This document shows positions 3,201 to 5,477 of a stretch of DNA of 5,477 nt, piece by piece. The notes under the pieces are model-generated. The model worked only from the letters and a program-made list of their open reading frames with translations, ran no database searches and was not told the origin of the DNA. The position numbers and the translations under genes are program-made. Numbering within the stretch: the first letter of the stretch is position 1; each line of letters opens with the position of its first letter. The stretch is taken from positions 1-5,477 of the forward strand of contig JACPWU010000017.1 in assembly GCA_016196885.1 (NCBI GenBank), read 5' to 3'. The DNA is from Chlamydiota bacterium (GTDB lineage Bacteria > Auribacterota > JACPWU01).

Positions 3201-5476
3201 CAGCCTATGAATGGGAAAAGAAATTGAATCCAGATGATCCCCATGCCCTTCCTCGCTTGAAGGTGCTTCAGATTTGGCGTCTACGTAGCCCTGAGCAAAG
3301 AGAGGCGCTTTTGCAAGTTGTTGAACAATGGAAAAAAGCTCTCGAATTTTCTGAAGACACTATCCCTAATGATCAGGACGGGCTTTTGAGTACCTTGCTT
3401 CGTTTTGATATAAAAAATGAAGCCTATTTAAATGAAGTTTATGGAGTTTATGCTTCGAATGAATACTCAGAAGAGATGGGAGCAGATTTTCGAGGATATA
3501 AAGGCTATGCAGCACTTTATGACTTAATCCTTTACTATTTAAAACGATATGCCTCTCCTCTCACAGGTAAACGCATTTTAGAAGTGGGCCCCGGATCAGG
3601 AGTGTTCCTACTGGCCCTGAGAGATTTTGGAGTGAGAGTGGAAGGTCTAGAAATGAATTCAGAGCTCGTTACACTTGCTCGAAGTCAGGGGCTGGCGGTA
3701 ACGGAGGGAAATCTTCGCTCTCCGCCGGAAACCCTGTTAAGAGAACCTTACGATATCACCTTCAGTCATTACGTTCTGGATGTTCCTGTCATTGAGGCTC
3801 ACGAAGAAGAACTCACTCCAGAGGTGCACACCCAGGGTCTTCAAATGCTTGAGCAACTCGCCCGCTTAACCAAAATGGGGGGCCTGAGTATTCATCAAAC
3901 CGAGAGAGGATGGCCTTTTAAGGATGAAGATGTGATCCATGCAGGCTTTGAAATTCTTGACGGTGGTGTGTCTTATGGTTTTATGGTGTTAAGGCGTGTG
4001 GCCCCTAAAATCGTCACAGAATTTTCAAATGCCTTGGATGAATTTGAAAGAGATTTTGGAGAATGGGAAGAGGCATCAAAAAATTGGGATGGGCCAGCGG
4101 CACGAGATTATATGGATGGGTGGGGGAAGTGGGTCGAAGACAAGCAAAATAGATTTTTCCTGCCTTGGGGAAAGGGTTGGGTGGTCCCTCGTTCCGAGAT
4201 AGCCGGGGTGCTAGAACCTCTGATGGTAAGATTTCTCCAACTCACCGAACGGGCTGCCTCTCTTTTTCAGCAGAAGGATTTAGATCCGAGCTTGACGGTC
4301 GGCCTTGCCTACATTCAGGCAGCGCATTTTTATCATTTTCTATGGGGGGACACGAATCGGGCTTTGGAATATTACGCCCATGCGCCTGAAACCCAGCGAC
4401 AAGCGTATCTCATGATGTCTTTTGCAGCACCCCTTCTCCAGGCCTGGGGGGCGAGGCAACTTGAAGTATTGAATGGGATTGTCCGTCCCATTTCTTCCAA
4501 CATCGCCTGCGGGACGATGACAGAAGAAAGCGATCGCATCTTGGGAATGCAGCTTGAGAGTCAGTTTAATTTGTTAAGGAATATTTATAACAGCGGGATC
4601 TCTCAGGATCTAAAAAGTTGGATCGAGTCTCAGTATCCTCAAGCCCCATTGAGAGAGGTCATCCCTAAAGGTGAGGCCTTGACAGAGTGGGAGGCCGATG
4701 TGGCCTTGTTCTTGAAAAGAGATTCAGGCTTGAGTTGGGAAGACGATTTTGAAACGCTTCAAAGCTTAAGAAGCAATATTCATGAATTAGCAGAGTATCA
4801 GGCAGTTCAAAAAAAGCTCGGTCGAGGCATTGAATTTTTCTTTGTCTCTCCTGAAACGGGGACCGAACTTTTCTGGGATTTATCGAGAGGTTTGGAAAAG
4901 GCAACTTATGCCGCTGGCCATCTGAATACCCGTCGCACCCGGATTTTTATTTCGCTCCCCATTGCTGTCAGTTATTCAGAGATTCCTCTGGAAATTGCCC
5001 GTCATGATTTGATACATGCGCTGAGGGATGTCCATGATCCTTCTTTGGACGAGAAAATGGAGGGGATCGCAGATTCAGATCGTCGGATGCTCGAGGTCAT
5101 GAGAAAAGACCCTGGGCATGGGACTTCAGAAGAGAAACACCCTGTCGGAAGTCAAGAAATGCCTCTCCGTGAAAAGGCCGTCTCCGGGAGCGACGCCTCT
5201 TCTCCTTTCGTTTTAGCTCAGGGGGGCGTTCCTTCGTCGGGTGTAGATGAACCGATCAGGGCGATTCATGCCCTTTTGAAGGCTTCAGACGAAGTTGGAT
5301 TTCGTACGCGAAAGATTTCGCTGGTGGATTTAAAAGCCCGTTTGTACCTGGCAAGCAACATTCAATTTGTTAAAGGGATGGAAAGAAAAGCATCCCTCCC
5401 AGGCTTGCTTCCCTTCTATCTCGAGGATCTGGGTGAAAGGGTCCCTCGCTTCAATGATTATTTACGAGCGCTGCTC
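2..5476 (+). CDS. Internal fragment of a single giant multidomain ORF (>=1825 codons, truncated by both window edges); predicted membrane-anchored mosaic protein
   Basis: Hand translation of + frame 2 from nt 2 (ATT CAG GCT...) to nt 5476 (...GCG CTG CTC) meets no stop codon. At uniform composition about 85 stops would be expected in 1825 codons (3/64 per codon). The other five frames are fragmented; the longest Met-ORF in the track is 91 aa. None of the track's + ORFs (starts 877, 1614, 3996, 4165) is in frame 2. The translation contains coherent protein motifs: ILEVGPGSG, hydrophobic helices, and an internal protein-level duplication. No start codon or RBS can be assigned because the ORF enters the window already open. 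Confidence 0.93.
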   Translation, partial: MQAPPAIAYFVGDDGYLVTEALEAFPVPAGRELTHEQRLDLVTLILLTGLSDVYPRNLLVPLGSPSSVIYAVDFARLEPDDWLKLLEKLYMLSTLRLGQEWDSSPDLWESGLSQLCPFLNVKSFEENEAVLEAAFERFEDPAALRDLVWRIGQRLRSANFPPAEVEQYLGHLQDNFEVMLKILLRIFNEGNILIRRYIQPDNEHSHFELLRYVDGKDFSVTLMGEEGESKTFTDPKLVREWISSTKDQGTGTRIQQPEKENVKAYSLGLGDGQSITLQLAGHFQQGYQSAEEWEALLEQALAREGRSLTDLAQLPDRTLTIILADTYTHLAGNCTKDGIVILDRKIFERPKKFFENNSAAAAVVSQILVLSSLAHELGAHELTGEGNEAHTPERHEKDLANLVAFAGKDYHLSVLGQFLSQPGLLVHPLGIEKLIKKKFLKSPFFNVLVISAFAVVFYYLGFMSLGFESGIWKWVEHYGEGMFNFVFFSILSDALTKRSLNKPISHDSIFGASKSGLISGLFAMTFIDLINLIPGIPGAILRPLLITVLLAWIRTKIMRIFIRTEDEKKEKGHQNKKEKTQEEKDKDNRQDEMYWQSRSWALIKNGIVQNLPYVMRGPIESAATQWFQQYFSSALHLQRPSLVSRPDWFKAIQGVFKHRGLSLIVYGFLEPLGVGVIYVLKGLNQIRYLVVSGFVRELINTLLKWGRQKLPALKSHIGAVLLRLDKRLPKGFFFNGIVITVFGVLFYSLGLMTVDNTDVLWKWVEYTLENVFTFTFFSVLSDILAKRSINEPLSRRAFWGAVASGAINGVVTIIFFALINFIPGPKGFTAFVRMILVMFALVPSRNRIYRLLFHVEGKEKKKGDIANREYEMFFMSRPFSFVKNSLIQGFLPLALRGGAESLVNQYFQQYFAWALNVDKPSLVNRPDWLGAIQRFVRYRWVALIIYTFIAFPHYCMSGWLLGNRVSKVQSQTSGRDKKSGMRKGNLFMCLYDFIEQERVSPNFSVTAREFQEHLEKFWPPQRRFSRSTIQNELRGLWQIGFLERERVGRSYRYTLPSWLKKAAHFLPAYEWEKKLNPDDPHALPRLKVLQIWRLRSPEQREALLQVVEQWKKALEFSEDTIPNDQDGLLSTLLRFDIKNEAYLNEVYGVYASNEYSEEMGADFRGYKGYAALYDLILYYLKRYASPLTGKRILEVGPGSGVFLLALRDFGVRVEGLEMNSELVTLARSQGLAVTEGNLRSPPETLLREPYDITFSHYVLDVPVIEAHEEELTPEVHTQGLQMLEQLARLTKMGGLSIHQTERGWPFKDEDVIHAGFEILDGGVSYGFMVLRRVAPKIVTEFSNALDEFERDFGEWEEASKNWDGPAARDYMDGWGKWVEDKQNRFFLPWGKGWVVPRSEIAGVLEPLMVRFLQLTERAASLFQQKDLDPSLTVGLAYIQAAHFYHFLWGDTNRALEYYAHAPETQRQAYLMMSFAAPLLQAWGARQLEVLNGIVRPISSNIACGTMTEESDRILGMQLESQFNLLRNIYNSGISQDLKSWIESQYPQAPLREVIPKGEALTEWEADVALFLKRDSGLSWEDDFETLQSLRSNIHELAEYQAVQKKLGRGIEFFFVSPETGTELFWDLSRGLEKATYAAGHLNTRRTRIFISLPIAVSYSEIPLEIARHDLIHALRDVHDPSLDEKMEGIADSDRRMLEVMRKDPGHGTSEEKHPVGSQEMPLREKAVSGSDASSPFVLAQGGVPSSGVDEPIRAIHALLKASDEVGFRTRKISLVDLKARLYLASNIQFVKGMERKASLPGLLPFYLEDLGERVPRFNDYLRALL
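950..1195 (+). other. Domain: possible minimal zincin-like (metallopeptidase-like) module with non-canonical HELGAH(E) motif
   Basis: The translation reads RTLTIILADTYTHLAGNCTKDGIVILDRKIFERPKKFFENNSAAAAVVSQILVLSSLAHELGAHELTGEGNEAHTPERHEKD. It shows the pattern beta-strand, AG-x turn, beta-strand (GIVILD), helix ending in a His-Glu motif, which is typical of small zincin folds. The motif at nt 1124-1141 is H-E-L-G-A-H (HExxxH), one residue longer than canonical HExxH. Downstream acidic residues (E, E, E) could supply a third ligand. Confidence 0.3.
1331..2005 (+). repeat. Protein-level tandem repeat, copy A: polytopic membrane module (about 4 hydrophobic spans, a charged soluble insert, then a fifth hydrophobic span)
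   Basis: Sequence: FFNVLVISAFAVVFYYLGFMSLGFESGIWKWVEHYGEGMFNFVFFSILSDALTKRSLNKPISHDSIFGASKSGLISGLFAMTFIDLINLIPGIPGAILRPLLITVLLAWIRTKIMRIFIRTE-[K/E linker]-MYWQSRSWALIKNGIVQNLPYVMRGPIESAATQWFQQYFSSALHLQRPSLVSRPDWFKAIQGVFKHRGLSLIVYGF. It aligns along its full length with copy B. Shared blocks are FFN, FY.LG.M, WKWVE, F.F.FFS.LSD.L.KRS.N.P, SG.I.G, LIN.IPG, E(M)..SR, KN..Q, FQQYF..AL...PSLV.RPDW..AIQ, LI.Y.F. Confidence 0.85.
1694..1777 (+). other. Lys/Glu-rich low-complexity linker encoded by a polypurine tract
   Basis: The 28 residues EDEKKEKGHQNKKEKTQEEKDKDNRQDE are encoded by almost pure A/G (gaagatgagaagaaagaaaagggacatcaaaacaagaaagaaaaaacgcaagaagaaaaggataagg...). The equivalent linker in copy B (nt 2567-2614, EGKEKKKGDIANREYE) is 12 residues shorter. 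Confidence 0.7.
2198..2846 (+). repeat. Protein-level tandem repeat, copy B of the polytopic membrane module
   Basis: Sequence: FFNGIVITVFGVLFYSLGLMTVDNTDVLWKWVEYTLENVFTFTFFSVLSDILAKRSINEPLSRRAFWGAVASGAINGVVTIIFFALINFIPGPKGFTAFVRMILVMFALVPSRNRIYRLLFHVE-[short K/E linker]-MFFMSRPFSFVKNSLIQGFLPLALRGGAESLVNQYFQQYFAWALNVDKPSLVNRPDWLGAIQRFVRYRWVALIIYTF. The offset to copy A is 867 nt at the start and 840 nt at the end; the net 9-codon difference is +2, -12, +1. By eye, identity is roughly 40% in the membrane part and roughly 55% in the FQQYF...PDW part. Residual nucleotide identity remains: accttctcttgt at 1918-1929 and 2758-2769, and tttcagcaata at 1880-1890 and 2720-2730. Confidence 0.85.
2954..3166 (+). 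other. Domain: winged-helix-turn-helix-like module (MarR/ArsR/PadR-style)
   Basis: The translation reads NLFMCLYDFIEQERVSPNFSVTAREFQEHLEKFWPPQRRFSRSTIQNELRGLWQIGFLERERVGRSYRYTL. It shows helix 1 (LYDFIEQE), helix 2 (TAREFQEHL), and a recognition-type helix (RSTIQNELRGLWQIGFLERE). A basic beta-hairpin wing (RVGRSYRYTL) follows, which is the usual ...GlveRe..Gr...Y.lt signature. Pattern recognition only. Confidence 0.45.
3494..4000 (+). other. Domain: class I (Rossmann-fold) SAM-dependent methyltransferase
   Basis: Motif I is GKRILEVGPGSGVFLLAL (nt 3566-3619; core ILEVGPGSG at nt 3575-3601). The acidic end of beta-2 is VRVEGLEMNSELVTLARSQGL. The beta-4 block is PYDITFSHYVLDV. The later block LQMLEQLARLTKMGGLSIH matches the usual L..l.rlLkpGG.l pattern. 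The order and spacing match the Methyltransf_11/25-type fold. The substrate cannot be inferred. Confidence 0.8.
4061..4180 (+). other. Trp-rich acidic segment
   Basis: EWEEASKNWDGPAARDYMDGWGKWVEDKQNRFFLPWGKGW contains 6 Trp in 40 residues, several in G-W/K-W/W-G contexts. This is a compositional observation only. Confidence 0.5.
4292..4390 (+). other. Possible single TPR-like helical hairpin
   Basis: LTVGLAYIQAAHFYHFLWGDTNRALEYYAHAPE is 33 aa, with small and aromatic positions resembling the TPR consensus (A..a..y...gd...Al.yY..A). The flanking sequence looks helical, but further repeats are not obvious. Confidence 0.25.
4826..5038 (+). other. Domain: second possible zincin-like module with HDLIHALRDVH motif (metzincin-like His spacing, Glu replaced by Asp)
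   Basis: The translation reads GIEFFFVSPETGTELFWDLSRGLEKATYAAGHLNTRRTRIFISLPIAVSYSEIPLEIARHDLIHALRDVHD. It has the same strand / AG-x turn / strand (RIFISL) / helix layout as the module at 950-1195. At nt 5003-5035 the motif H-D-L-I-H-A-L-R-D-V-H places His at positions 1, 5 and 11, as in metzincin HExxHxxGxxH. However, it has Asp for the catalytic Glu and Arg for the Gly. Confidence 0.3.
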
Positions 5477-5477
5477 A

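Noticed and set aside
295-4904. All nine ORFs in the supplied track (295-477 -, 877-1065 +, 1432-1674 -, 1614-1844 +, 1646-1909 -, 2239-2514 -, 3996-4202 +, 4165-4389 +, 4665-4904 -) as candidate genes
   Set aside because: Each is 60-91 aa and lies entirely inside the 1,825-codon frame-2 ORF, in another frame or antisense. Their translations are low-complexity or compositionally odd. They show no domain motifs and no convincing RBS. They are best explained as shadow ORFs of the giant gene.
1-5477. Stop-codon reassignment (alternative genetic code), as an explanation for the lack of any long ORF in the track
   Set aside because: Frame 2 contains no TAA, TAG or TGA at all, so no recoding is needed. 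The long ORF is missing from the track only because it has no in-window stop or defined start.
1-5477. Promoters, RBS, terminators, tRNA/rRNA/ncRNA genes
   Set aside because: The entire window is coding in one frame. I saw no strong stem-loop plus U-tract terminators and no RNA gene signatures. Any -10/-35-like hexamers in AT-rich codon runs would be chance matches with no downstream gene start to serve.

Overview
The whole 5,477-nt window is an internal slice of one giant + strand ORF in frame 2 (nt 2-5476). It has 1,825 sense codons, no TAA/TAG/TGA, and no identifiable start or end. The ORF track omits it because it is open at both window edges. All nine listed ORFs (60-91 aa) are out-of-frame or antisense shadows of it. 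I saw no RNA genes, CRISPR arrays, mobile elements, promoters or terminators, because everything is intragenic. My hand translation gives a mosaic protein. In order, it contains: (1) a protein-kinase/PI3-4-kinase-like catalytic core at the left edge; (2) a small zincin-like module with an off-spacing HELGAH motif; (3) two tandem, clearly homologous copies of a ~280-290 aa polytopic membrane module I cannot assign to a known family; (4) a winged-helix-like module; (5) a textbook class I SAM-dependent methyltransferase fold; (6) a Trp-rich acidic stretch and a TPR-like helical region; (7) a second zincin-like module with metzincin-like spacing, HDLIHALRDVH. The main lead is this architecture: a giant membrane-anchored protein that appears to combine several enzyme domains around a duplicated membrane core of unknown family. 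Only the ORF, the internal duplication and the methyltransferase motifs are strongly supported by the sequence. The other domain calls are motif-level inferences that need profile or structure searches. The taxon cannot be assigned from the window. GC looks mid-40s% by eye and there are no introns, which fits a bacterial giant gene.
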